DNA of 64,000 nucleotides, taken from the NCBI GenBank assembly GCA_037968875.1, contig JBBKWI010000024.1:4328-68327 (forward strand), read 5' to 3'. Below are positions 1 through 9,283 of the stretch, in pieces (the first letter of the stretch is position 1; each line of letters opens with the position of its first letter). The stretch comes from Candidatus Sericytochromatia bacterium. GTDB taxonomy: Bacteria; Cyanobacteriota; Sericytochromatia; UBA7694. The notes under the pieces were generated by a model. It did not search any database. It was not told the DNA's origin and saw only the letters and a list, made by a program, of their open reading frames with translations. Both the position numbers and the translations under genes were made by a program.

Positions 1-34
1 TTCAATTGTTGAAAAGCAGGCTCCGCTTGAGTCA

Positions 35-499
35 TTAACACTCCCAGGCCTGTAAGCGAATCTGCGTCTGTTTCTGAAAAGATTCCAGACGTATTTTTTC
101 TTCGTGTAGTAAGAGCGCCGGGGCCTCCAATAAGACAATCTCCTGATTTTGGTAGGTGCTCAGGTCTTTAGCCCAGGCATTAAAGAGATGCCCTTCAGGC
201 AAAGCGCGCAAATCCGAAAGTGGACAAAAATCAAGCACCCGATCCACCAGACAGGCCATCGGGTGATCACGTAGCAAAATGATATGCTGCTCCAGATCAA
301 GCCGACTCTGCTGTTTAAATAGATAGGGCAGATCAAGCACGGGAAAATTTTGCCCACCCAGGTTGATAAATCCCGCCAGGATATCGGGCAGCCCAGGCGG
401 GGACGCCAAGGCCGGTCTAGCCACAATCTCGCGCACCTGTTCTCCTGAGAAAGCAAAGCCTTCCTGGCCTACCCTAAAAATTAAATAATAGGTCTCCAT
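35..499 (-). CDS. CheW-like coupling protein. Start is probably the internal Met of ORF 35..541; its ATG shares 1 nt with the upstream RR stop (TGATG).
   Basis: CheW-domain motifs (IFRVGQEGFAFSGEQVREIV ... INLGGQNFPVLDL). Last gene of an HK-RR-RR-CheW run. Confidence 0.7.
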   Translation of the reverse strand: METYYLIFRVGQEGFAFSGEQVREIVARPALASPPGLPDILAGFINLGGQNFPVLDLPYLFKQQSRLDLEQHIILLRDHPMACLVDRVLDFCPLSDLRALPEGHLFNAWAKDLSTYQNQEIVLLEAPALLLHEEKIRLESFQKQTQIRLQAWEC

Positions 500-951
500 C
501 AATGCAAATACTTGCTGGGAAGCTCGGCTACCGTCCCCCAAAATTCATTCATCGATCTTAAGAGTTTGATCATTGGCTCAATACCGACTGGCTTCACCAG
601 ATAGCAATTCCCCCCTTTGCTATAGCCATCTTTGACATCACTTTCTGCGCTGGAGGTTGTCAATATCAACACCGGCATCATTGCCAATTGAGGATCCTGA
701 CGTATAGCGTCTAAAAACTCTTTGCCTCCCATGCGGGGCATGTTTAAATCCAAAAGGATTAAGTCCGGCAAGTTTGCTTGCTCATAAGGAGACTGCCGCT
801 TTAAGTAAGCCAGAGCCTGATAGCCATCCAGAACATGATTCATAGTAAGATTGAGGTCCAGATCTTCCAGTAAATCTTCCATAATAAAAGCGTCCCCCTC
901 ATCATCGTCCACCAGCAGGATATTCAAGGCAGGGTGCTCTAAATCCGTCAT
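499..951 (-). CDS. CheY-like single-domain response regulator
   Basis: N-terminus LNILLVDDDEGD, phospho-acceptor D in LILLDLNMP, and K in YLVKP. Confidence 0.8.
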   Translation of the reverse strand: MTDLEHPALNILLVDDDEGDAFIMEDLLEDLDLNLTMNHVLDGYQALAYLKRQSPYEQANLPDLILLDLNMPRMGGKEFLDAIRQDPQLAMMPVLILTTSSAESDVKDGYSKGGNCYLVKPVGIEPMIKLLRSMNEFWGTVAELPSKYLH

Positions 952-1388
952 AATCTATCCTCCTGCGGTAATTTAACAAAACCCAACCAAAAGTCGATAA
1001 TCGCAGCTATCACTCTGCAAAAATCCGGCCACTCGGCAGGTTTACAGACATAACTATTGCAGCCCATTTGGTAAGACTTCAAAATATCTGCTGATGCTCT
1101 GGAAGCGCTGAAAACAATCACAGGGGTCAATTGCAGCAGTTTGTCCTGCCGCAATTGCTTGAGAATTTCCAGGCCAGACTGCATCGGTGAGTTAAGGTTC
1201 AGTAAAATCAAGGTAGGCAATACGGAACTATCCTTTGAAAGCTCACTCAGCCATTGACTTAATTCTTGACCCTGACTCAAAAACTGAAGCGTCACAGGCT
1301 GTTGACTCAAGCTAACCGCCCTCTGAATCAAGTGACGATCAACAGTCTCATCTTCGATCACCAGGATCTGATACTGCTTTTGACTCAT
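948..1388 (-). CDS. Response regulator receiver protein (probable start MSQKQYQILVIEDE)
   Basis: Receiver-domain motifs (ILVIEDE, LILLNLNSP, CNSYVCKP). Tightly coupled to the flanking genes. Confidence 0.75.
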   Translation of the reverse strand: MSQKQYQILVIEDETVDRHLIQRAVSLSQQPVTLQFLSQGQELSQWLSELSKDSSVLPTLILLNLNSPMQSGLEILKQLRQDKLLQLTPVIVFSASRASADILKSYQMGCNSYVCKPAEWPDFCRVIAAIIDFWLGFVKLPQEDRL

Positions 1389-2182
1389 GATTTCAGCTCT
1401 TTGGGTAAAGTAAAGCAAAACCTGGACCCTTGACCCGGCGTGGACTCAATCCAGATCCGCCCCTGATGTTGCAGAATCACTTTTTGACAAATAGCTAAGC
1501 CCAGACCGCTGCCAGGGTAATCTTTTTTATTGTGCAGACGTTGAAAGGCAGTGAATATTCGCTCGGTATCGGCTGCTGCAATACCGATTCCATTATCCTG
1601 GACCGAAAACTGCCAGTCTTCGGCTTGAGATTGCACCGTGATCTGAATCTGAGGATCTTGACGACAAAATTTCAGGGCATTAGAAATCAGGTTTTGAAAC
1701 AATTGCTGCATCTGGACCGCATTAGCTCGTAGCTCGGGCAAGGTCTGAACCTCTACCTGAGCCCCCTTTTCAGCAATTAATAATCCCAAATCATCTAAAA
1801 CAGTTTTAACCACTCGATCAAGATCAACCACTTCTTTTTCGCTAATTTTGATTGCGCGCGAAAACTGCACGAGATCTTCGAGTAATTGCTGCATGCGAAC
1901 GGCTCCGGTAACAATGTAGTTCAAATATTTATGCTGGCGCTCATTTAAAACATCTTGCGCTTTGTTTTGCAAAATCTCGCCAAAGGTTTTAATTTTTCTT
2001 AAAGGTTCTTGCAAGTCATGTGAAGCCACATGAATAAATGATTCAAGCTCTATAATTTTTTGATTGGCTACAGCCAATTTTTCGCTCAAGTCTTTTTTCT
2101 CTGTCTGAAGCGCCTGGACCTGCGTCAACAATTGTTCACTTGTTTCTGTCATCTTGAAAGCAACTGTCTGTGAGTAGAGCAC
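1385..2182 (-). CDS. Cytoplasmic histidine kinase (coiled-coil + HisKA + HATPase_c)
   Basis: H-box ASHDLQEPLRKI, N-box NLISNALKF, and the G-boxes DNGIGI and GSGLGLAIC. Confidence 0.85.
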   Translation of the reverse strand: MLYSQTVAFKMTETSEQLLTQVQALQTEKKDLSEKLAVANQKIIELESFIHVASHDLQEPLRKIKTFGEILQNKAQDVLNERQHKYLNYIVTGAVRMQQLLEDLVQFSRAIKISEKEVVDLDRVVKTVLDDLGLLIAEKGAQVEVQTLPELRANAVQMQQLFQNLISNALKFCRQDPQIQITVQSQAEDWQFSVQDNGIGIAAADTERIFTAFQRLHNKKDYPGSGLGLAICQKVILQHQGRIWIESTPGQGSRFCFTLPKELKS

Positions 2183-2480
2183 AAGTATTTAATCATTTAA
2201 AATCCCTGTTATTACAAAAATAAAATCTGTTTCAAATTTGTTAATTTTGAAACACCTATGTTTATTTCAACCAAATAGTTCAACCCTGTGTATCTTAAGC
2301 TTACTTGGTTTCTAAGTCAGTTTCAAGCAACAAAATTTATTTAAAATGTTAACTTTGTTACATAGAGTGTTTGAGAGCAAATACTTCTATCTTCTCTTAA
2401 TCTCTTATTAAGTTTGTTTCGCTTATAACCGCTCAATAATTAGAGGTTTTCCTAAACTAAAAAGAGTTTAAAGTATTACA

Positions 2481-3338
2481 ATGCCTCAACGAATCATTTA
2501 TAAGCTAATACAAGGAGTTCATTTGATCATAAATCCAGCGGATCGACTCCCACCCGAATTAAATCTGAGCGGAAAACAGTTACGTGCTGTCAGTCTGGGA
2601 TGCTCTGGTGATAGCGTCTGGCAGATCTTTCGTACAGAGACCGATAGCGTTCCCTATGCTTATCTGAAACAATCAACAGATCCCTATCGCAGCACTCAAT
2701 TGCGCTCAGAACGAGATCACCTGCTGTGGCTCAACAAAACCTTAGCTGCTCAAGCTGAACCCAAGTGGCAAGCGCCTCAAGTCTTGTACTATCTCGAAAC
2801 CGAGCAAGCCGCTTATTTGCTCAGCTCAGCGATTCAGGGGAGCTGCGCCCACGTTAGCGTCACCCCCGATCAGCGCCCGGCACACTTACAGCAAATGGTC
2901 CTGGCACTCAAAGCTCTACATCAGCTACCGGTGGCTGATTGCCCCTTTGATGCCACTCTCGATCTCAAACTAAAACAGGCCACTAGCAATTGGCTCGCCG
3001 GTCGAGTTGATCAAAGCGATTTTGATAACGCGCGTCTGGGAACACCGATTACAGATCTTTATCAGCGTTTATTAGCTGAGCGCCCGTGCGAGTCACAGCC
3101 CGTCTTTACCCATGGCGACGCTTGCTTGCCCAATTTGATTCTGGCGGATCCCCCTGGCTGGATCGACTGGAGCCGCGCCGGGCTAGCGGAGCCCTGGCAA
3201 GATCTCGCTATTTTTTGTCGCAGCTTACGTCACAATGGCTATAGTCAGACTGAAGTCGAACAGGCTCTGGCGATCTATGGGGTGGCATTTGACGCCGTCG
3301 CTTACGACTACTACACTTTGTTAGATGAATTTTTTTAA
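2481..3338 (+). CDS. Aminoglycoside/choline-kinase-like phosphotransferase (APH family)
   Basis: Catalytic-loop motif HGDACLPNLIL and IDWSRAGLAEPWQDLA, typical of APH enzymes. Preceded by a 300-bp AT-rich promoter-like region. Confidence 0.65.
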   Translation: MPQRIIYKLIQGVHLIINPADRLPPELNLSGKQLRAVSLGCSGDSVWQIFRTETDSVPYAYLKQSTDPYRSTQLRSERDHLLWLNKTLAAQAEPKWQAPQVLYYLETEQAAYLLSSAIQGSCAHVSVTPDQRPAHLQQMVLALKALHQLPVADCPFDATLDLKLKQATSNWLAGRVDQSDFDNARLGTPITDLYQRLLAERPCESQPVFTHGDACLPNLILADPPGWIDWSRAGLAEPWQDLAIFCRSLRHNGYSQTEVEQALAIYGVAFDAVAYDYYTLLDEFF

Positions 3339-3427
3339 CAATTAATTTCTGAATAATGAAAATAAATTATTGACTTTCGATAATTTATTGCTATAATTAG
3401 GTTATTAATATTCAAAGAGAATTTTCA

Positions 3428-3757
3428 ATGTCAAGTCAATTAATCAAAAGCAATCTACTGCAAAACAAAAGCAAAACTATCCAACGCGGAGCCTACTGGT
3501 TTGGAATTGTCGGACGGATTTCAATTGCTTATGCAATGCTAAATATAGTCAGCCTGGGGCTGATCTTTGCCCTCAATTTTTATCTTCAATCTGTAGCCGG
3601 CCCCGAAATAAATAGTCTGACCCCTTACACCGCAGGAGGATTCGAATCAGCAACGAGTGCGGTCATCAGGTTAATCTATGGTTGGTTATTTTTACTCGGG
3701 CGAGATGCTTTTAATGCGATTGAATTGATCATTTCAGAAATGAACGATATTGTTTAA
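3428..3757 (+). CDS. Small 2-TM membrane protein (DUF2975-like) paired with the downstream HTH gene
   Basis: Two hydrophobic helices. Stop/start is coupled to the next ORF (TAATG). Classic DUF2975/YozG-type two-gene cassette. Confidence 0.5.
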   Translation: MSSQLIKSNLLQNKSKTIQRGAYWFGIVGRISIAYAMLNIVSLGLIFALNFYLQSVAGPEINSLTPYTAGGFESATSAVIRLIYGWLFLLGRDAFNAIELIISEMNDIV

Positions 3758-3984
3758 TGGCTATCATCGTTCGTCTAGATGTTTTAATGGCACTCAATAA
3801 AATAAAAGGCAAGGACCTGGCCCTGGAAATTGATCTGACCGAAGCCAATCTCAGCAAACTCAAAACCGGTAATATTAAAGCGATCCGACTGTCCACACTC
3901 AATCGTTTGTGCAAAGTCCTGGCCTGCCAACCCGGTGATTTGTTTGAATATATAGAAGACGAGTTAAATGAACAGAAATCCTAA
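3757..3984 (+). CDS. YozG/Cro-C1-type HTH transcriptional regulator (HTH_26-like)
   Basis: Profile-like match: IVRLDVLMALNKIKGKDLALEIDLTEANLSKLKTGNIKAIRLSTLNRLCKVLACQPGDLFEY. Confidence 0.7.
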   Translation: MAIIVRLDVLMALNKIKGKDLALEIDLTEANLSKLKTGNIKAIRLSTLNRLCKVLACQPGDLFEYIEDELNEQKS

Positions 3985-4014
3985 GCGTCAGCAAAAATTA
4001 AAAAAGAGGCCCCT

Positions 4015-5082
4015 ATGTCAGTCTTAAGTTCAATTTTAGCCGGTTATGCCGCCAGCCAAATTTTAGCTGATTACCCTGCACCTGATTTTAAAAGTCAGGC
4101 TTTTCAAGAGCAAGTACTCGCAGCAGAGAAAGTCGTGCAATCCAACCCGGATGCTTTTGTCTTTGCAGCCGATGGCAGCGCGACCCTAAAAGTCAGTCAG
4201 GCAAACTATGCCGCCGGTCGGTTTTCAATCCCGACTCTGGCTGAATTAAAAAAACAGCTGAGTCAACACCCCAAAGCAAAAACGGCTGAGCTTAAGCTTT
4301 CGATTTTGTTAGGCAGAAGCCCTCTCAGTGATATCCAATACCTCGAAGCCCACGCCGACGGGGAGACGACCTATCAATTGGCTTCCCAGTTTAATACCCT
4401 CGAAGCTCCCTTTCCAGCAATCGTGCCCGTACTGGACTACTTTAGCGATCACACCCAGGGGCCACTAGGAGTCTTGCCGGCTTTTGCAGGGGCGCTCTTG
4501 CGGCATTATTCAGCTCCCGGTCTGGGGGCGCGTTTTGAGCAAGATGAACAGCTAGAACTCAATCTATTAGCTGATGTCTTACCTGCCAGCGCCCAGATGG
4601 AGCATGGTTATTTGATGAGTCAAAACATAAAGGATCCCGAAGCGTTAGCACAGGCTCTGGAGCAAAAATTTGAACACATTCGGATCGGCTGGCACCGTGA
4701 CCTGGAAAGCATGGGCAATGGCCAGGCATTAGATCAAGTGCTGACATCAACCCTGGCCAGTGGCGGCTATAGCATGCAAGACACCACGGGCCAACCCTGG
4801 CCACAAATCCAGCGCCAGCTCTTACGGGCCGCTTATTTGGGCTCCTTGCTGGCTGCCGCCAACGCCGGGCATTCCAAAATTGTCTTAACCGCAATTGGCG
4901 GCGGGGTGTTTGCCAATCCCCATGCAGAGATCTGGCAGGCGATCCTCTGGAGTCTGGAACAAATCAAGCCGCTCTTGCCTCAGTCTTTGCACGTGATCCT
5001 GAATTTGCGAGAATTTGACGTCGACACCAGGCAACTTAGCTCCGGCTGCCAGAAATACAATGGGCAATTGCTGCGACTTTAA
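4015..5082 (+). CDS. Hypothetical protein. May have a macrodomain/PARG-like diphosphate-binding loop (TAIGGGVFANP).
   Basis: No clear family. The C-terminal G-rich loop resembles macro-domain loop 2 (GxxGxP). Inference only. Confidence 0.3.
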   Translation: MSVLSSILAGYAASQILADYPAPDFKSQAFQEQVLAAEKVVQSNPDAFVFAADGSATLKVSQANYAAGRFSIPTLAELKKQLSQHPKAKTAELKLSILLGRSPLSDIQYLEAHADGETTYQLASQFNTLEAPFPAIVPVLDYFSDHTQGPLGVLPAFAGALLRHYSAPGLGARFEQDEQLELNLLADVLPASAQMEHGYLMSQNIKDPEALAQALEQKFEHIRIGWHRDLESMGNGQALDQVLTSTLASGGYSMQDTTGQPWPQIQRQLLRAAYLGSLLAAANAGHSKIVLTAIGGGVFANPHAEIWQAILWSLEQIKPLLPQSLHVILNLREFDVDTRQLSSGCQKYNGQLLRL

Positions 5083-5177
5083 CTCGGGCTAAAAAAGCCA
5101 AAGCTTCTGTATAAGCCGCTTGAGTCAGACTTACTCAGGACCGTATACTGAAAGCAATTACAAGGAGTGAATTTCTT

Positions 5178-5849
5178 ATGGGTACTGTACTTGTCACTGG
5201 AGCCAATCGCGGGATCGGCCTCGAACTCTGTCGTAACCTGCTTAAGGCAGGCCATCAAGTGATCGCCGTTTGTCGTCAGGCCTCTGCTGACTTGCAAGCG
5301 CTGGAGCTAAAAATCATTGAGAATATCGATGTCGGTCAAACTGACAGCACCGCAAAATTAAGCCAGGCCCTGGAGCAGGCGGGGATCAGCCAGCTGGATT
5401 GGCTGATCAATAATGCCGGGGTTCTGCAACGCACAACCCTCGACGAATTGGACTTTGATGCGGTCGACAAACAAATGCAAATCAATGCTTATGGCCCACT
5501 GAGAATCACGCAGGCCTGTTTGCCTTTGCTCAGCAGCGGCAGCAAAATTGCGATCATCACCAGTCGCATGGGCTCTGTTACCGACAATAGCAGTGGTGGT
5601 CACTATGGCTATCGTATGTCAAAAGCAGCGGTCAATATCGCCGGGGCCTCTCTGGCTGTCGACCTGAACCCCCAGGGAATTGCAGTGGCTTTGATCCATC
5701 CGGGCTATGTGCAAACAGAAATGACCGGCCAACAGGGGCATATTCAGCCCCAGGTCTCTGCACAAGGTATAATTGATCGAATTGAAGCATTAACCCTCGA
5801 TAACAGCGGCAGCTTCTGGCATATGAATGGTGAAAAACTGCCCTGGTAG
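5178..5849 (+). CDS. Short-chain dehydrogenase/reductase (CsgA/C-factor-like SDR)
   Basis: N-terminal TGANRGIGLE, NNAG, and the catalytic Y-x3-K (YRMSKAA). Confidence 0.85.
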   Translation: MGTVLVTGANRGIGLELCRNLLKAGHQVIAVCRQASADLQALELKIIENIDVGQTDSTAKLSQALEQAGISQLDWLINNAGVLQRTTLDELDFDAVDKQMQINAYGPLRITQACLPLLSSGSKIAIITSRMGSVTDNSSGGHYGYRMSKAAVNIAGASLAVDLNPQGIAVALIHPGYVQTEMTGQQGHIQPQVSAQGIIDRIEALTLDNSGSFWHMNGEKLPW

Positions 5850-5869
5850 GGCCCAAGGAGAATCAGCCG

Positions 5870-6739
5870 ATGCCGTTTCAAATTTTCGCTCAGCGTCTGA
5901 GTCTGGCCCTTTTAGCCAGCGCAATACTCATGGGCTGTACAGCAAGCCCCATCGAAAGTCCAACGCCAAGTACAGGGACACCGTCACCTAAAGCCAGTGC
6001 CGATGTGACCGTGGTCTTGCCCCCCTCGCCAGCATCCACTTTACCCGCTGCAATTACCTTGCCAGCAGACAAGGGCCCCACCCTGGACCCCAAAGCCCAA
6101 AGCAATGGCCCGCCTGTTTTGGAACTGGCCCGAAACTCCTTTGTGCCCGGTGAGGCTTTTGAAGTGCGCTTTGAAGCCAGCCCTGCCAATGACTTTGATG
6201 ATACAGCCTGGGCCGGGATCCTGGCCTCTGATCTGCCCCATGGCAGCGCAGCCGAAAACGATCTCTTTGATCTGGCTTATGCTGAGCTGGGCACTGCGCG
6301 TAAAGGCGTGCTGGATTTTGTTGCTCCGGATACACCGGGCTTGTATGATGTGCGCTTGTTCAATGCCGAAGACGGCCGAGAAGTGATTTATGTCAGCTTC
6401 GAAGTCACAGGCCAGGTCAAACCCCTGAGCGGCAATGCCCTGCGTCTCAACCAGAGTCGCTATCGCCCTGATGCGCTGATCATCGTTGAAGTCAGCATCA
6501 AGCCCGAAGACAAGCGCGACCCTTCGGCCTGGGTCGGCATTGTGCCTGCTGCAGTGCCGCACGGCGATGAAGCGGTCAACGATAAAGTCAATTTGGGCTA
6601 TCAGTTTATGGGAGATTTTTTGGCGGGCAAGATGATTTTCAGAGCCCCTAAAACCCCGGGTCTCTACGACTTACGCCTGCATGATACGGATCTCGATGGC
6701 AAAGAATTGGTATTTGTCAGCTTTTTAGTGGTCGAATAA
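5870..6739 (+). CDS. Secreted lipoprotein with two internal ~90-aa repeats
   Basis: Signal peptide + lipobox (LMGCTAS) and a Pro/Ser/Thr linker. Two paralogous halves (…PGLYDVRLFNAEDGREVIYVSFEV / …PGLYDLRLHDTDLDGKELVFVSFLV). Confidence 0.55.
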   Translation: MPFQIFAQRLSLALLASAILMGCTASPIESPTPSTGTPSPKASADVTVVLPPSPASTLPAAITLPADKGPTLDPKAQSNGPPVLELARNSFVPGEAFEVRFEASPANDFDDTAWAGILASDLPHGSAAENDLFDLAYAELGTARKGVLDFVAPDTPGLYDVRLFNAEDGREVIYVSFEVTGQVKPLSGNALRLNQSRYRPDALIIVEVSIKPEDKRDPSAWVGIVPAAVPHGDEAVNDKVNLGYQFMGDFLAGKMIFRAPKTPGLYDLRLHDTDLDGKELVFVSFLVVE

Positions 6740-6830
6740 AGTCTTTAAGTTATCAACACCATTTTAATCGGGTTTTCCCAGTAATTTTATACCTTTTTGC
6801 CTATGATAAAAGAAAAAGAAGGTATAAGTT

Positions 6831-7385
6831 ATGAACTGGAAAATTAAATATCTGACATTATTTGCTAGCAGTCTCTTACTGAGCACAGGACTCCATTCGG
6901 CCCCAGCACAGGCCCAATCCGATCATTATAGTAGCCAGGGAAACATGAGTACCCCCGGAGGCATTTCTGGTCCGGGAGAACAGCTTTATACACCCCAGGT
7001 CAACCCAGGCGCAGACCCCGGTCAGGCCAGCGTTTTAGAACCTGGTGCCAATGCCGGTGATATCCCTGCGCTGGGCGCTTATTATGACGCCCGCAATCCC
7101 GGTGGTACTGATCTCGGTGTCGATAGATCTTCACGCAGCCTCCCCCTTGAAACCCGCTCAGAGATCAGAGACCAAACCCTAATGAATAGCCATGTCGACC
7201 AGCAATTACAAGATTGGCAAGTCGAAAACAATCAAGCCGGACTCACAGAAGATGCTGATGACGCCGATCCGGTCAGCGCGCCGATTTCACAAGCTCTTTT
7301 ATGGCTCGCAGTCGGCGCTCTCTCAGTAAGTGCTCTGGGATTGGGTTATATAACCTATCGTAAGCAACAACAGCCCTTTAATTAA
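6831..7385 (+). CDS. Secreted low-complexity protein with a C-terminal acidic box + TM anchor + YRK tail
   Basis: Signal peptide. C-terminus DADDADPVS…LLWLAVGALSVSALGLGYITYRKQQQ. Confidence 0.6.
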   Translation: MNWKIKYLTLFASSLLLSTGLHSAPAQAQSDHYSSQGNMSTPGGISGPGEQLYTPQVNPGADPGQASVLEPGANAGDIPALGAYYDARNPGGTDLGVDRSSRSLPLETRSEIRDQTLMNSHVDQQLQDWQVENNQAGLTEDADDADPVSAPISQALLWLAVGALSVSALGLGYITYRKQQQPFN

Positions 7386-7394
7386 TTCGCTCTC

Positions 7395-8345
7395 TTGAAA
7401 GGAAATCTGATCATGCAGTTCAAAACATTAAGCCAAACCCTTCCAGCCAGTCTGATTCTGGCACTCAGCCTCGGGCTAGCAGCAGCCCCAGCCCTGGCTC
7501 AAACAGCCTCCGGGGGCAACAGTAGTGCGGCTGGCACCAGCGCCCAAACACCCGCAGCACCCGCAGCACCCAATAGCACTACTCAAATCAACGCAGCCCA
7601 ATCGCAAGCCCAGCAAGCTACTCAGGCGCAGAACAATCAGGCCGCCCAAACCAATCGCCAGGCAGTTCAACAGTCTCAGGCCCGTAATCAGCGCCAAATT
7701 AATGCCGCACAAGCACAAAATCAGGCTCAGGTTAACCAAACCCAGGCACGCGGGACGGCTAGCAACAACGTGCAAACGAATCCCCTTCAAACGACCCAGG
7801 GCAATTCCACAGGGGCCCCCAACAATACCGCAGCCAATACTTCTGCACCCGCCTCAAATAGCAATCAAAACAATCAAAACTTGAGCTCTGGTCAAACAAA
7901 TAACACCAATTCCGCTAATAACACAGGCAAGAGCGCATCCGTTCAGGGCACAAATACGCAAGGGAACCCTAATGGTCAGTCTCTGAACTCCCCGGGCAAC
8001 GCCTCAGATTCATCGTTTGATCAGACTACAGGTGGTCAAGTCACTGAACCCGGCCCGATCCTGGATTCGCAAGCTCAGATCCAAATCAATCAGCGGGATC
8101 AAGAGATGCTCCAGAGCCGTGACCTGGTTTCAGCTAAATTCCCACAGACTTCTCGTCCGGGCTTAAATCAGAACACAGACACATCAGATGCTTCTCTGCG
8201 TTTCAAAGACGATGCCAATGACGCCGATGAAGTCCAGCAAGCCGACTTTCTGTTTTTATGGTCGATCGCTTTGTTTCTGATGGCAAGTACCTTGGGGGTG
8301 GCTTATATGGTCTACCGCAAACGTCAGGAATCAGAGGCATACTAA
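7395..8345 (+). CDS. Secreted Q/N/S/T-rich low-complexity protein with the same C-terminal DDAxDAD-TM-YRK module
   Basis: Signal peptide. C-terminus DDANDADEVQQADFLFLWSIALFLMASTLGVAYMVYRKRQ. Paralog of the upstream gene. Confidence 0.6.
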   Translation: MKGNLIMQFKTLSQTLPASLILALSLGLAAAPALAQTASGGNSSAAGTSAQTPAAPAAPNSTTQINAAQSQAQQATQAQNNQAAQTNRQAVQQSQARNQRQINAAQAQNQAQVNQTQARGTASNNVQTNPLQTTQGNSTGAPNNTAANTSAPASNSNQNNQNLSSGQTNNTNSANNTGKSASVQGTNTQGNPNGQSLNSPGNASDSSFDQTTGGQVTEPGPILDSQAQIQINQRDQEMLQSRDLVSAKFPQTSRPGLNQNTDTSDASLRFKDDANDADEVQQADFLFLWSIALFLMASTLGVAYMVYRKRQESEAY

Positions 8346-8353
8346 TCCAAAGC

Positions 8354-8707
8354 CTATTGGTTTAGGATCATTTGAAAGCCGCCAAAGATCATGCGACTGC
8401 CGTCAAAGGCCATGCCAATGCTCTCTGGATTCATACGGGGGTCTCGCATCGCTTTTTCCATGCCTACGTCTCGGGCTTCACGCGAGGGCCAAATGATCCA
8501 GGAAAAAACCACGCTCTCGTCTGGTTCACACTGTACCGCTTGCGGAAATGAGGTTTTCTTACCTGGCTTCACATCGTCGCCCCAGCATTCCACCACTTGC
8601 TTGGCACCATTTTCTTTAAAGACAGCTGCGACTTCTGTCGCGACCTTTAGATAAGTCTCTTTATTGGCATTGGGCACCGCTACTACATAACCGTCTACAT
8701 AATCCAT
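8354..8707 (-). CDS. DUF1428 family protein (probable start MDYVDGYV)
   Basis: YVDGYVVAVP…VVECWGDDV…VVFSWIIWPSREARD is the DUF1428 signature. Confidence 0.6.
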   Translation of the reverse strand: MDYVDGYVVAVPNANKETYLKVATEVAAVFKENGAKQVVECWGDDVKPGKKTSFPQAVQCEPDESVVFSWIIWPSREARDVGMEKAMRDPRMNPESIGMAFDGSRMIFGGFQMILNQ

Positions 8708-9283
8708 CTTGTTACCTCTGTGTTTGTTATTCATTACATACATAAGTATACAAAAAGAATGATTTATGTCAAGTGAAATCAAAACGCAAGAGTTTCACAT
8801 TGAGCTTTCAGAGACAGGCTATAACCAAAACAGAGCCATGCTCGGCCTGGGCGCAATTAAATGACAGTACTCAACTCAGCCTGGGTTACCTCAATCTTCT
8901 CAAGTTGAAAGATCAACAATGGCCGCCCAGAACATGGATTGGTCTTCAATTTGACCTATAGCTCCCGCGAAGATGGCTTGTTTCAAATGCAGGCTGACTA
9001 GCAAAACTTGCGAACACGGTTTGCTCTTCTTTTAAATCACCCGAAAGCACGCTGGTAAAATGGCCCACAATAGTACGGGATTGACCCGGCTTGATCTGTA
9101 CATTGGATTCATTGCCACCGGCACTATCCGGCCTTTGATCGCGCAATGCATAAAACAACGATGATGTATTAGTAGACCTTGCCAAAAATAAGTTTCGCTC
9201 CTGCAGATCTCTCTGTAAACTAGACAAATGAAAGACAGCCCCGCAACGCGCAAACGTTTAAGAAGAATTTGAGGATCGATTAA

